Assembly (NCBI GenBank): GCA_028716245.1
Contig: JAQUQW010000001.1
Span: forward strand, 168,793-232,792
Length of the DNA stretch: 64,000 nt
Origin: Candidatus Omnitrophota bacterium
Lineage (GTDB): Bacteria; Omnitrophota; Gorgyraeia; Gygaellales; Profunditerraquicolaceae
Direction of reading: 5' to 3'
Shown here: positions 50,612-59,094 of the stretch, one piece after another
Position numbering within the stretch: the stretch's first letter is position 1
Layout: every line of letters starts with the position of its first letter
Program-made: the position numbers and the translations under genes
The notes under the pieces: generated by a model
Database searches by the model: none
The model's input: only the letters and a program-made list of their open reading frames with translations
Told to the model about the DNA's origin: nothing

Positions 50612-50638
50612 TTGCCAAGGTGTTTTTAGTGCTATAAT
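50612..50638 (+). promoter_or_regulatory. promoter with extended -10 (TGcTATAAT) for the ECF sigma gene
   Basis: TTGCCA, 15-nt spacer, TGCTATAAT (50630-50638). Places the TSS ~50645, so the sigma mRNA may be near-leaderless. Confidence 0.5.
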
Positions 50639-50645
50639 TATAGCC

Positions 50646-51245
50646 ATGGATGATTTGGAGTTTGTCCAAGGCTGCCTCAAAGGGAACAAGCAATCCTGGT
50701 CTGAATTCATCTCGCGTTATTCCCGCCTAATCTATAACTATATCTATAGTGTTTTAGCTGTCAGAGGACATACTGCTCCTTTGGAACAGGTCGAGGATAT
50801 TTTCCAAGAAATATTTCATGCCTTAATCAAGGATAACTATAAAAAATTATCCACTTATCAAGCTAAAAATGGCTGTTCTTTAGCCAGTTGGCTCAGGCAG
50901 GTCACCATTAACTTTACCATTGATTATTTACGCAAACTTAAGCCTGCTGTATCTCTTGATGCGGAGAATGAGGATGGTTTTGCTTTAGGGGATACCCTCA
51001 AAGATCTAACGGCCGGGGCAATTGAATTCCTTAATGATCAGGATCGCCGTAAGACCCTCCAGGAGTGTATCAGCTTGCTTGAGTCCGATGAACAGTTTTT
51101 TCTCGAACTATTTTTGAATCAGGGGCTAAGCCTGGAGGAGATCAAGGGTTATTATAAAATTAACCGTGGAGCAGTGGATATGCGCAAGAGCAGGATATTC
51201 CAGAAACTGCAGGATTGTTTTAAAAAGAAAGGTTTTTTAGGTTAG
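50646..51245 (+). CDS. ECF (sigma-70 family group 4) RNA polymerase sigma factor
   Basis: Region 2 (YNYIYSVL...DIFQEIFHAL) and region 4 HTH (LSLEEIKGYYKINRGAVDMRKSR). Start 50646 is preferred over the track's 50598, which lies upstream of the promoter and overlaps the terminator. Confidence 0.75.
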   Translation: MDDLEFVQGCLKGNKQSWSEFISRYSRLIYNYIYSVLAVRGHTAPLEQVEDIFQEIFHALIKDNYKKLSTYQAKNGCSLASWLRQVTINFTIDYLRKLKPAVSLDAENEDGFALGDTLKDLTAGAIEFLNDQDRRKTLQECISLLESDEQFFLELFLNQGLSLEEIKGYYKINRGAVDMRKSRIFQKLQDCFKKKGFLG

Positions 51246-51286
51246 ATTTCTTAAGATTCTACGTCTATTGAGTCAGGAGAGGAGCA

Positions 51287-51994
51287 ATGCTTAACTATTT
51301 AGAGAAAATAACAAAAATTATTTACCGGCAGTGGAAAAAAGGTAGGAGTTTTAAGGCAAAGGGGCATCCCAGCGAAGAGGATCTGGCTTGTTTTCTTGAG
51401 GGTAAGTTTTCCGTTCAAGATAAAGAAGCTGTCCAGAAACACCTGCTTAGTTGTGATATTTGCGCCGAATATTTAAGTGTCCCGCTTAAGATACAGCCGC
51501 ATTTAGGCGTGGATGTCCCGGCGCAACTGCTAGAGAAGGTTAAAAAACTGCTTGGGCTGGAAACCAGTGAAAATTTATTAGAGATATTTCTTAAGCTTAA
51601 AGATAAAGCTATGGAGATTATTCAGACTACCGGAGACGTGTTGGTTGGCCAGGAGTTGATTCCGGCTCCGGTTTTACGCAGCCGGAAAATCGATGAATTT
51701 AAGGAAGAGGTAAGTATTTTAAAGGATTTGCAGCAGATTAGAATATTGGCTAAGATTCAGAATAGGGACACTAAGAGTTTTAATCTTACAATTACCGTTA
51801 AGGATAAAAAAAGCCAGAAGGTGAGTAAAAATTTACGGATTACTCTTATAAGAGACGGAGTTGAGTTAGAATCATATATTACTGATTCAGCCGGAAGCAG
51901 TTTTTTTGAAAATATCCTGCCGGGTAACTATTCGGTAGAAGTCAGCCGGGAAGACCAAAAGGAAGCGGTAATTGATTTAAAAGTTCAAGCCTAA
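51287..51994 (+). CDS. zinc-finger (HxxxCxxC, zf-HC2) anti-sigma factor with C-terminal carboxypeptidase-regulatory-like beta-sandwich domain
   Basis: HLLSCDIC motif; no obvious TM; C-terminus resembles a CarboxypepD_reg domain. Confidence 0.6.
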   Translation: MLNYLEKITKIIYRQWKKGRSFKAKGHPSEEDLACFLEGKFSVQDKEAVQKHLLSCDICAEYLSVPLKIQPHLGVDVPAQLLEKVKKLLGLETSENLLEIFLKLKDKAMEIIQTTGDVLVGQELIPAPVLRSRKIDEFKEEVSILKDLQQIRILAKIQNRDTKSFNLTITVKDKKSQKVSKNLRITLIRDGVELESYITDSAGSSFFENILPGNYSVEVSREDQKEAVIDLKVQA

Positions 51995-51998
51995 GCTT

Positions 51999-54194
51999 AT
52001 GCCTTATGCGCAAGCCCTAATCTTAGAAGTTTTTAAGCAGGATAACGCGCTTAAGATGGGCTTATTTGACCAGAGCCAAACCACCCCCACTTTACGCCAT
52101 TACAGCCAAGTGGGGGTTTCTTTTTCAGAATTAAGGCAATTAAGCACGGAGATGGTGGGTATTTTAAACTGCCTGCCTAAAGATCAATCATCTAAACATG
52201 ATCAGCTAAGAAGCCTGCAAAAGATCGGCCGCCTGCTTTGGGACCATCTGCTTAGCCGTTCGATTAAGGAGAAACTAAAAAATACCGGTTCTTGCATATT
52301 AACCCTTTCTTTGGATGAAGAACTGATTTATATACCATGGGAATTGGTTTTTGACGGGGTGGATTTTTTCTGCTTGAAATTCAGCTTAGGCAGGTTAGTG
52401 CGCAGTAAAGGAGATTCCACATTGCTACAGTATCGTAATTTATCGGATAGTTTAAGGATGTTGATTTTGGCCAATCCGAACAACGATTTAAAATCCGCTT
52501 ATACCGAAGGTTTAAATATCAAAAACCAATTTAGCCATAAAACCAAAAAGGTGCAGGTTGATTTTAAATCCACCAATATTGACAAAAACTATGTGCGGAA
52601 GAATCTCTGTGATTATGATATTGTGCATTTTGCCGGCCACTGCGAGTTTGACCGCAAAGAGGATCAAGAGAACGGCTGGGTTTTAAGCGACGGAATTTTT
52701 AAGGTTGAGGATATTCTTCGGATGGGCCAGAGTTGCAGTTTACCGGCCCTGATATTCTCAAACACCTGCCATTCCGCCCAGGTAAGGCCTACTTTGATCG
52801 ACTCGGAGTATCAAAGAGACAATTATGGGATGGCCAGCGCCTTTTTATTTGCCGGAGTAAGGCATTATATCGGATCCATCCGTAAAATTGAAGATAATGC
52901 CAGCCTGGTATTTGCCCGGGAATTTTACGCAAAACTTATTTCAGGGGTAAGCGTGGGAGAGTCTTTACGTTTATCTAAATTAAAGCTGGTAAAGGAATAT
53001 AGTTTAAGCAGTTTACATTGGGTAAACTATTTACTTTATGGCGATCCTGGATTTAATTTTTTTAAAATCCCACGGCACAGAGAAACCAGGCGTAAAACAG
53101 GCGCTTTTTATAAAAAGCTTATAATTGGAATTGGTTTGCCTGTTTTTTTAATTTGCGCCAGTATCCTTCTGGCATTTTGGCTGCCTAAGATCAATCCGCA
53201 AAAGCTATACTTGTTTCTTAATTCCGAAGCCCAGTTCCGTAAAGGCAATAATCAGGCGGCCATTGTTTTAGGGGAGCAGGTAATTAAGAAGGACCAGGAT
53301 TTTCTCGCGGTTTATCCGGTGATTGCCAATGCCTACCAGCGCCTTGGCAATAAAGATCAGGCGTTGAAATATTATTTTGATTATGTGCTTAAGAGTGAAA
53401 AGCTGAATGATAAAGCCCACCTTGCGCAGGCCTATATAAAATTGGGGTGGTTTTATCAGCTGGACGGACAGTATGTCCGCGCCCAAGAGTTATATGAGAA
53501 GGCGATCAATCTAAGCCGCCAACTAAAGGATAAGAAAAATGAAGCAGTGGCTTTAAGGAAATTAGCCGTCTGGCATATTGATAAGAAAAATTACGGGCAG
53601 GCCCTGGATCTGTTAACCAAGAGCGCTTCCATTAACCTGGAGAGCCCTGATAATTCGGGAAGCGCTAAGAACCTGGCAAGCGATTATTTTGATATCGGGC
53701 TGGTTTTTGCCAATAAAAATGATTATGCGGCAGCCAAGGATTTTTACGAGAAAAGCCTTAAGATATTTCAACGGCTAAAGCTAAATAATGAATTAAGCGA
53801 TTGTTATTTTAATTTGGGGGAGATCTATTTTTACGAGAAACAGTATCAGAAGGCGCTGGATTATTACTTTAAAGGCTTGAAATTAGACCAGGAGCAAAAT
53901 AATAGAGTTAATTTAGCCAGCGGCTATAATATGATCGGAGAACTTTATTTGGAAATTGATGATTCGACAAGAGCCCAGAGTTATTTTAAGCAAGCGGTTG
54001 AGTCATCCGAAGAAATCAACAGCCGGATGGATTTAGCCAATGCCAGTTATAATCTTGGGTTGTTATATAAGAAACAGGGAAGAAAGAATCTGGCCAGGGA
54101 ATATTGGCGTAAGGCGCAGGAAATCTATCGCTTAGTCGACCCGGATAGATACCAGGAAACCAAAACCCAATTGTTGGAGTTGAATAGTTTATAA
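51999..54194 (+). CDS. CHAT-domain (caspase-like) protein with one TM segment and C-terminal TPR repeats
   Basis: CHAT His/Cys dyad context (DIVHFAGHCEF ... LIFSNTCHSAQ), TM LIIGIGLPVFLICASILLAFWL, then multiple TPR-like repeats. Confidence 0.7.
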   Translation: MPYAQALILEVFKQDNALKMGLFDQSQTTPTLRHYSQVGVSFSELRQLSTEMVGILNCLPKDQSSKHDQLRSLQKIGRLLWDHLLSRSIKEKLKNTGSCILTLSLDEELIYIPWELVFDGVDFFCLKFSLGRLVRSKGDSTLLQYRNLSDSLRMLILANPNNDLKSAYTEGLNIKNQFSHKTKKVQVDFKSTNIDKNYVRKNLCDYDIVHFAGHCEFDRKEDQENGWVLSDGIFKVEDILRMGQSCSLPALIFSNTCHSAQVRPTLIDSEYQRDNYGMASAFLFAGVRHYIGSIRKIEDNASLVFAREFYAKLISGVSVGESLRLSKLKLVKEYSLSSLHWVNYLLYGDPGFNFFKIPRHRETRRKTGAFYKKLIIGIGLPVFLICASILLAFWLPKINPQKLYLFLNSEAQFRKGNNQAAIVLGEQVIKKDQDFLAVYPVIANAYQRLGNKDQALKYYFDYVLKSEKLNDKAHLAQAYIKLGWFYQLDGQYVRAQELYEKAINLSRQLKDKKNEAVALRKLAVWHIDKKNYGQALDLLTKSASINLESPDNSGSAKNLASDYFDIGLVFANKNDYAAAKDFYEKSLKIFQRLKLNNELSDCYFNLGEIYFYEKQYQKALDYYFKGLKLDQEQNNRVNLASGYNMIGELYLEIDDSTRAQSYFKQAVESSEEINSRMDLANASYNLGLLYKKQGRKNLAREYWRKAQEIYRLVDPDRYQETKTQLLELNSL

Positions 54195-54204
54195 TAGAAA
54201 ATAA

Positions 54205-54268
54205 AGGGAACGTTTCTATTTTTTTTATAGCTTCAGCTCTTAAAAAATAGAAACGTTCCCTGGTTTTT
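54205..54268 (+). terminator. 20-bp perfect inverted repeat (bidirectional terminator-like)
   Basis: AGGGAACGTTTCTATTTTTT - 17-nt loop - AAAAAATAGAAACGTTCCCT followed by GGTTTTT. Confidence 0.7.
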
Positions 54269-54282
54269 ATTCAAAAAAATAC

Positions 54283-54334
54283 TTGACAATTATTATTTTT
54301 TAGTTATACTCTACTAAGTTGATAGAGTTAGTAG
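54283..54334 (+). promoter_or_regulatory. sigma70 promoter plus inverted-repeat operator upstream of the rrf2-family gene
   Basis: TTGACA (54283-54288), 16-nt spacer, TATACT (54305-54310). Inverted repeat CTACTAA-n10-TTAGTAG (54311-54334) lies between the -10 and the RBS. Confidence 0.55.
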
Positions 54335-54346
54335 GGAAGGGGAAGT

Positions 54347-54787
54347 ATGAATATAACTTATAAAGGTGATTACGCGTTAAAAGCGCTTTTGGATTTAGCG
54401 GTGCATTATGACTTAGGATTATCAACGATACACGATATTGCCAAGCGTATCAATGCCCCGGTTAAGTTTCTTGAACAGGTCCTTCTGGATTTAAAAAAGG
54501 GCGGTTTTGTGGAAAGCCGGCGCGGTAATGTCGGTGGTTATTTGCTCTCCCGGCCTCCGGCTAAAATAGTGTTGGGAGATGTGGTTAGATTTATTGACGG
54601 CCCGACAGAGCCGATTGCCTGTGTTGGAAGTGATTATTCAGGTTGTACCGATATATATAGGTGTAGTTTTCGCAGGATCTGGCAGGATGTAGCCAAAGCT
54701 ACTTCGGGGATAATCGATAATATAACCTTTGAAGACTTGGTAAATAAGCTAGAAGTGAACAAAGAAGCGCTGGTTTATCAGATTTAA
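54347..54787 (+). CDS. Rrf2-family transcriptional regulator (IscR/CymR-like; 3 Cys, possible Fe-S ligands)
   Basis: N-terminal wHTH (YALKALLDLA...STIHDIAKRINAP) and CVGSDYSGCTDIYRC cysteine cluster. Confidence 0.8.
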   Translation: MNITYKGDYALKALLDLAVHYDLGLSTIHDIAKRINAPVKFLEQVLLDLKKGGFVESRRGNVGGYLLSRPPAKIVLGDVVRFIDGPTEPIACVGSDYSGCTDIYRCSFRRIWQDVAKATSGIIDNITFEDLVNKLEVNKEALVYQI

Positions 54788-54794
54788 ATAAGCG

Positions 54795-54983
54795 TTGATG
54801 AAAATGGAAAATATAAAAATAGGCAGTGATACGGTTATTAAAAACATTAAAGAGGCGGTTTTGGGCCTTGATTATGGTGACGTCCTGATCAAAGTGCATA
54901 ATTCCAGGATTGTGCAGATTGAGGTGACTCAAAGGAAGCGTTTTGACGATGCCCATAAAATTGAAGGAGGTGGCGGAATATAG
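54795..54983 (+). CDS. DUF2292 (YezD-like) small protein
   Basis: 62 aa; the GDVLIKVHNSRIVQIE motif resembles YezD. This family is commonly co-located with sulfur assimilation genes. Confidence 0.6.
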   Translation: MMKMENIKIGSDTVIKNIKEAVLGLDYGDVLIKVHNSRIVQIEVTQRKRFDDAHKIEGGGGI

Positions 54984-55041
54984 CTTTAGGTATTATTAGT
55001 AAGCTTAATAAGAGATGGTGAAATTATTATTAATTCAGTAG

Positions 55042-55092
55042 CACCCCGCGCTTATAAGGAATTGCGCGGGTGTGCCCTTGTGGGCAAGGAGG
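55042..55092 (+). repeat. GC-hairpin repeat element (full copy) upstream of cysH
   Basis: caCCCCGCGC-ttataaggaatt-GCGCGGG-tgtGCCCttgtGGGC-AAGGAGG, then ATG at 55099. Confidence 0.85.
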
Positions 55093-55098
55093 AATAAA

Positions 55099-55803
55099 AT
55101 GAGTATTTTGGATAACAAGGATGATTTAAAGGAATTGGTGGAAACGCTGAATTTTAAGGAGAAGGTAGAAAGGTCAAAACAATTGATCAAGGAGGCATAT
55201 AAGCGTTACGGAGATTCTTTGGTAGTCGCGAATAGTTTAGGCAAGGATTCAGTGGCAGTATGGGATTTGGCAAAAAAGGTAAACCCGAAGATCCGCGGAT
55301 TTATCGTTACCACCAGGTTTAAGCCTGCGGAAACAATTAAATTTATGAAAGAAGAGGTAGCGCGGTATCCTGAATTAAAAGTGTATCAAAATGATTCAGA
55401 GATTCCCGAGAGGCTATATGAAACTGAGCCGGATAAATGTTGCGATATTTTAAAAGTTGAACCGGTGAAAAGATCCATTGAAGAGATGCATGTGAAATGC
55501 TGGGTTACGGGATTGCGCTGCACAGAGGGCCGTACGCGAACTGATTTTAAAGAAGTGGAAGAAAGGGATAAGGGCCTAATTAAGCTTAATCCGATTCTGA
55601 TCTGGAAGGAGCGCGAAGTCTGGCAGTATTTAGCGCTTTATCGGGTTCCGGTGAATCCGCTCTATGGAGAAGGATACCGTTCACTGGGATGCGCGCCTTG
55701 CACCAAGATTACCAATGACGATAATGAACGCGCCGGACGTTGGATCGGCACCAGCAAATGCGGCGGAGAATGCGGGATACATACCCGGCCGCTTAAAAAG
55801 TAA
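55099..55803 (+). CDS. cysH: adenylyl-sulfate/phosphoadenylyl-sulfate reductase (CysH family; CC...CxxC Fe-S type)
   Basis: SLGKDS PP-loop-like motif, CC pair, SLGCAPCT, C-terminal ECGIH. True start is 55099 after AGGAGG. Confidence 0.8.
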   Translation: MSILDNKDDLKELVETLNFKEKVERSKQLIKEAYKRYGDSLVVANSLGKDSVAVWDLAKKVNPKIRGFIVTTRFKPAETIKFMKEEVARYPELKVYQNDSEIPERLYETEPDKCCDILKVEPVKRSIEEMHVKCWVTGLRCTEGRTRTDFKEVEERDKGLIKLNPILIWKEREVWQYLALYRVPVNPLYGEGYRSLGCAPCTKITNDDNERAGRWIGTSKCGGECGIHTRPLKK

Positions 55804-55925
55804 AGGAGGTGAGAGGGAGCCAGTTGTAATTAAAAAGCTAAGCGGATAACCGTAAAGGCAATATATAAAAATAATTTTTGACCGACCAGTCAACTGGAAG
55901 AAGAAAGAAATAAAAGGAGCAAGAA

Positions 55926-57206
55926 ATGAGAGTTCTTCTAGTTGTAGGTTGGTTGTTAGCAGCGCAGCTGGCTTCAGCAACCTTAGCATTTGCTGTTGAA
56001 ACCGATGTTGATAAGTTGCTTGAATTTCTGATTAAGGAAAAAGTCCTGACTCAAGAAAAGGCAACGGAATTCAGGGCGGATTTAGCGATAAAGAAGCAGG
56101 AAGAAAAACAACCCGCAGCGGTTCCTGATTGGGTCCAGAACATTAAACTTAAAGGGGATGTCAGGACAAGATATGAATGGGATAAGAATAAAAACCAGCA
56201 GGATAATTCAAGAGCAAGGATTAGAGTTAGGATAGGAGTAGAAGCTAAGGTTAACAATAAACTAAAGGCGGGTATTGGTATTTCAACCGGAAACACTAAT
56301 GATCCGCGTTCCAGGGATATTACGCTGGGTAATTCTTCTACGGCTAACACGCCAGGCTCGCCCAAAGGTATTATCCTGGATTATGCATATGGGCAATATA
56401 CGCCATTCAACTGGTTAACCTTAACTGCCGGTAAGTTCCAGAACGTTTTGTGGCAGCCCTTTGATGCGTTATGGGATAATGATATTACTCCGGAAGGATT
56501 CGGTGTTAACTTAAGCCATAAGTTTAACTCAAAGCTGGATTTCTTCTTGAATAATTTATTTTACATTTTAAAGAATGATTCCAGGCTCGATAAACAGGCT
56601 TTTCTGGAAGCTTTACAATCCGGGATAAATTGGGCTGTAAATGGTAAAGTCAAACTGAAGAGCGCTCTTACTTACTATCTTTTTCAAGGCGTAAAGGGCG
56701 CGCAGAAGTTTAGCGATAGTAAAAGCGGCACAGCTCCTTACGCATCAAGCGGCAATACCTTGGTTGGCGGAACATATAGGTATAATTATAACTCCATTCA
56801 ACCGACCGTTGAACTCTCATTTAAAGATCCATTCCAAGGATTTTTGCCTTACGCGGCTATTTTCGGAGACTACATTTATAATGTCTCTAGCGTAGGAAAC
56901 GGAGCAGGTGGTTTTGATCTGGGTTTGAAATTCGGAGCGGAAAAAGTCAGTGACTGGAAACAATGGCAGGGCAAACTGGTATATTCAAAATTAGGCAGAG
57001 ATAGCCGGCTGGATATATTAACCGATAATAATCGGTATGGTGGAAACACCAATTCCCAGGCTATTGAGGGTATTTTGGAGTTTGGATTAGGTAAGAATAC
57101 GACTCTAGTACTGGATTATTATTCTTCACAGAGTCTCACTAAGGCCAGCTCAACCGGTTATGCTCCAGAGCAGCTTTTTCAGGCTGACTGGAATTTGAAA
57201 TTTTAA
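55926..57206 (+). CDS. outer-membrane beta-barrel porin, possibly phosphate-selective (OprO/P-like)
   Basis: Signal peptide; alternating amphipathic pattern; C-terminal WNLKF; immediately upstream of pstSCAB. Confidence 0.55.
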   Translation: MRVLLVVGWLLAAQLASATLAFAVETDVDKLLEFLIKEKVLTQEKATEFRADLAIKKQEEKQPAAVPDWVQNIKLKGDVRTRYEWDKNKNQQDNSRARIRVRIGVEAKVNNKLKAGIGISTGNTNDPRSRDITLGNSSTANTPGSPKGIILDYAYGQYTPFNWLTLTAGKFQNVLWQPFDALWDNDITPEGFGVNLSHKFNSKLDFFLNNLFYILKNDSRLDKQAFLEALQSGINWAVNGKVKLKSALTYYLFQGVKGAQKFSDSKSGTAPYASSGNTLVGGTYRYNYNSIQPTVELSFKDPFQGFLPYAAIFGDYIYNVSSVGNGAGGFDLGLKFGAEKVSDWKQWQGKLVYSKLGRDSRLDILTDNNRYGGNTNSQAIEGILEFGLGKNTTLVLDYYSSQSLTKASSTGYAPEQLFQADWNLKF

Positions 57207-57216
57207 GGGAGGAAAA

Positions 57217-58155
57217 ATGAAAAAATTAATTATTATCGCGTTAGCATTAAGTCTTTTGAAGATTTCAAGTAATAATGTTTTTGCTCAAGGAAGTGAACTC
57301 CAGGGTACCCTGACACTGTCAGGCGCCTGGGCAATTTATCCTACGGCAGTGGCTTGGGCAGAGGGTTTTCAGAAGAAATACCCTAAAGTAAAAATCGATG
57401 TTTCAGCCGGAGGCGCAGGGAAAGGCGCTACTGATGCCATTACCGGTTTAGTTGATATCGGAATGGTTTCACGCGAGCCGGATCCCGCAGAGATTAAAAA
57501 AGGAATAACGCCGGTTTATATTCTTCATGACGCGGTTTTTGCTGTAATTAATGAAAAAAATCCCGCACTTGAGAGTATCCTTAAAAAGGGGGTTAATAAA
57601 GAAAACTTTATTGATTCCTGGGTTAATGGATCAATCGCTACCTGGGATAAGGTAGCAGCTAGCAAAGTGAATAAACCGATTCATCTTTTTACGCGCTCTG
57701 ATTCCTGCGGAGCTGCCCAAAGTTGGGCGGGATACTTGGGTAAAAAGCAGGAGGATTTAAAAGGGATCGGAGTTTATGGCGATCCGGGGATTTTGGAAGC
57801 GGTAAAAAAAGATCCAATCGGCATAGGCTACAATAATTTCAGTTATGTATTCTCCCGTGATGGCGCATTAGCTAACGGTATAAGATTAGTTCCGATAGAT
57901 TCAAATGAGAATGGTAAAGCCGATGCCGATGAAATATATACAAACCGTGATGAGGCAGTAAAGGCGATAAGAGCGGGTAGGTATCCGGCGACACGAAGGA
58001 ATTATTTTTTTGTAAAAGGCAAACCTGCCGGTTTAGTCAGGGAATTTATTCTATTTGCTCTTTCTGAAGAAGGGGTTAAAATAGTAGATGAAGTTGGGGC
58101 AAGCCTCTCTTTAGCTACGCAGGAGCGGGAAAAGGTCTTAAAAAGCTTAGAGTAA
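57217..58155 (+). CDS. pstS: phosphate ABC transporter substrate-binding protein
   Basis: Signal peptide; PBP-like PstS family motifs (SGAWAIYP, SAGGAGKG). Confidence 0.8.
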   Translation: MKKLIIIALALSLLKISSNNVFAQGSELQGTLTLSGAWAIYPTAVAWAEGFQKKYPKVKIDVSAGGAGKGATDAITGLVDIGMVSREPDPAEIKKGITPVYILHDAVFAVINEKNPALESILKKGVNKENFIDSWVNGSIATWDKVAASKVNKPIHLFTRSDSCGAAQSWAGYLGKKQEDLKGIGVYGDPGILEAVKKDPIGIGYNNFSYVFSRDGALANGIRLVPIDSNENGKADADEIYTNRDEAVKAIRAGRYPATRRNYFFVKGKPAGLVREFILFALSEEGVKIVDEVGASLSLATQEREKVLKSLE

Positions 58156-58167
58156 AAGGGATAGGGG

Positions 58168-59094
58168 ATGTATCAAAAAAGGACAATTAAAGATATAACC
58201 GCCAAGCACATTATGTTTACCCTGACTCTTCTGGTAAGCTTGCTGGTTGTAGTTATTGCTTGGGGATTATTTACAAGATCCCGGCCTATTCTTAGTGAAA
58301 ATAGCCTTACGGCGCTTTTGTTTTCAGTAAAATGGCACCCCACCCAGGGACAATTTGGGTTCGCGCCATTTATTCTGGGAACAATTTATGTGACGCTGGT
58401 GGCCATTGTTTTAGCCGTCCCATTAGCCATATTTAGCGCTGTATTTCTCGCGGAGTATGCGCCGAAGGCCTTAAGAAATAGTTTTAAACCTGTGCTTGAC
58501 CTATTGGCGGGGATTTCTCCGGTAATCTTCGGGGCCTTCGGCGTTTTAGTAATCGTTCCTCTTGTGCAAAAATATTTATTACCTGTCGTTGCGCATCTGG
58601 CAAAGTTTGTTCCGTTTTTAGCGACTAACAATTTTACCGGTTTTGGCGTATTTTCCGCCGGAATTATCCTGGCGATGATGATATTCCCGATTATGACCCA
58701 AGTTGCCGAGGAAGTAATCCACAGCATCCCTAAAGAAGTCAGGGATTCTTCGCTGGCTCTTGGGGCAACGCATTGGGAAACAATTAAATATGTGGTTTTA
58801 AAAAAGTCCCGGCCGGGTATCATTGCCGCGGTTATTCTTGGTTTAGCCAGGGCCTTTGGAGAGACAATAGCAGTGCTGATGGTGGTCGGTAATGTGGTGC
58901 AGATCCCCAAATCTTTATTTGATGCCGCCTATACGCTGCCGGCCCTGATTGCCAATAATTACGGCGAAATGATGTCTATCCCGTTATATGATTCCGCGTT
59001 ATTATTGGCCGCTTTAATTTTACTGGTAGTTACTGTATTTTTTAATATATTAGCCTGGTTAATTCTTGCCAGAGTTGAAAAAGCATATGTCTAA
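58168..59094 (+). CDS. pstC: phosphate ABC transporter permease PstC
   Basis: 6 TM with EAA-like loop; operon context. Confidence 0.85.
   Translation: MYQKRTIKDITAKHIMFTLTLLVSLLVVVIAWGLFTRSRPILSENSLTALLFSVKWHPTQGQFGFAPFILGTIYVTLVAIVLAVPLAIFSAVFLAEYAPKALRNSFKPVLDLLAGISPVIFGAFGVLVIVPLVQKYLLPVVAHLAKFVPFLATNNFTGFGVFSAGIILAMMIFPIMTQVAEEVIHSIPKEVRDSSLALGATHWETIKYVVLKKSRPGIIAAVILGLARAFGETIAVLMVVGNVVQIPKSLFDAAYTLPALIANNYGEMMSIPLYDSALLLAALILLVVTVFFNILAWLILARVEKAYV

Noticed and set aside
50598-50645. Upstream extension of the ECF sigma ORF
   Set aside because: It overlaps the hppA terminator and lies upstream of the predicted extended -10 promoter.
55072-55098. Upstream extension of the cysH ORF (MPLWARRNK)
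   Set aside because: It lies within repeat hairpin 2; the canonical start with SD is at 55099.
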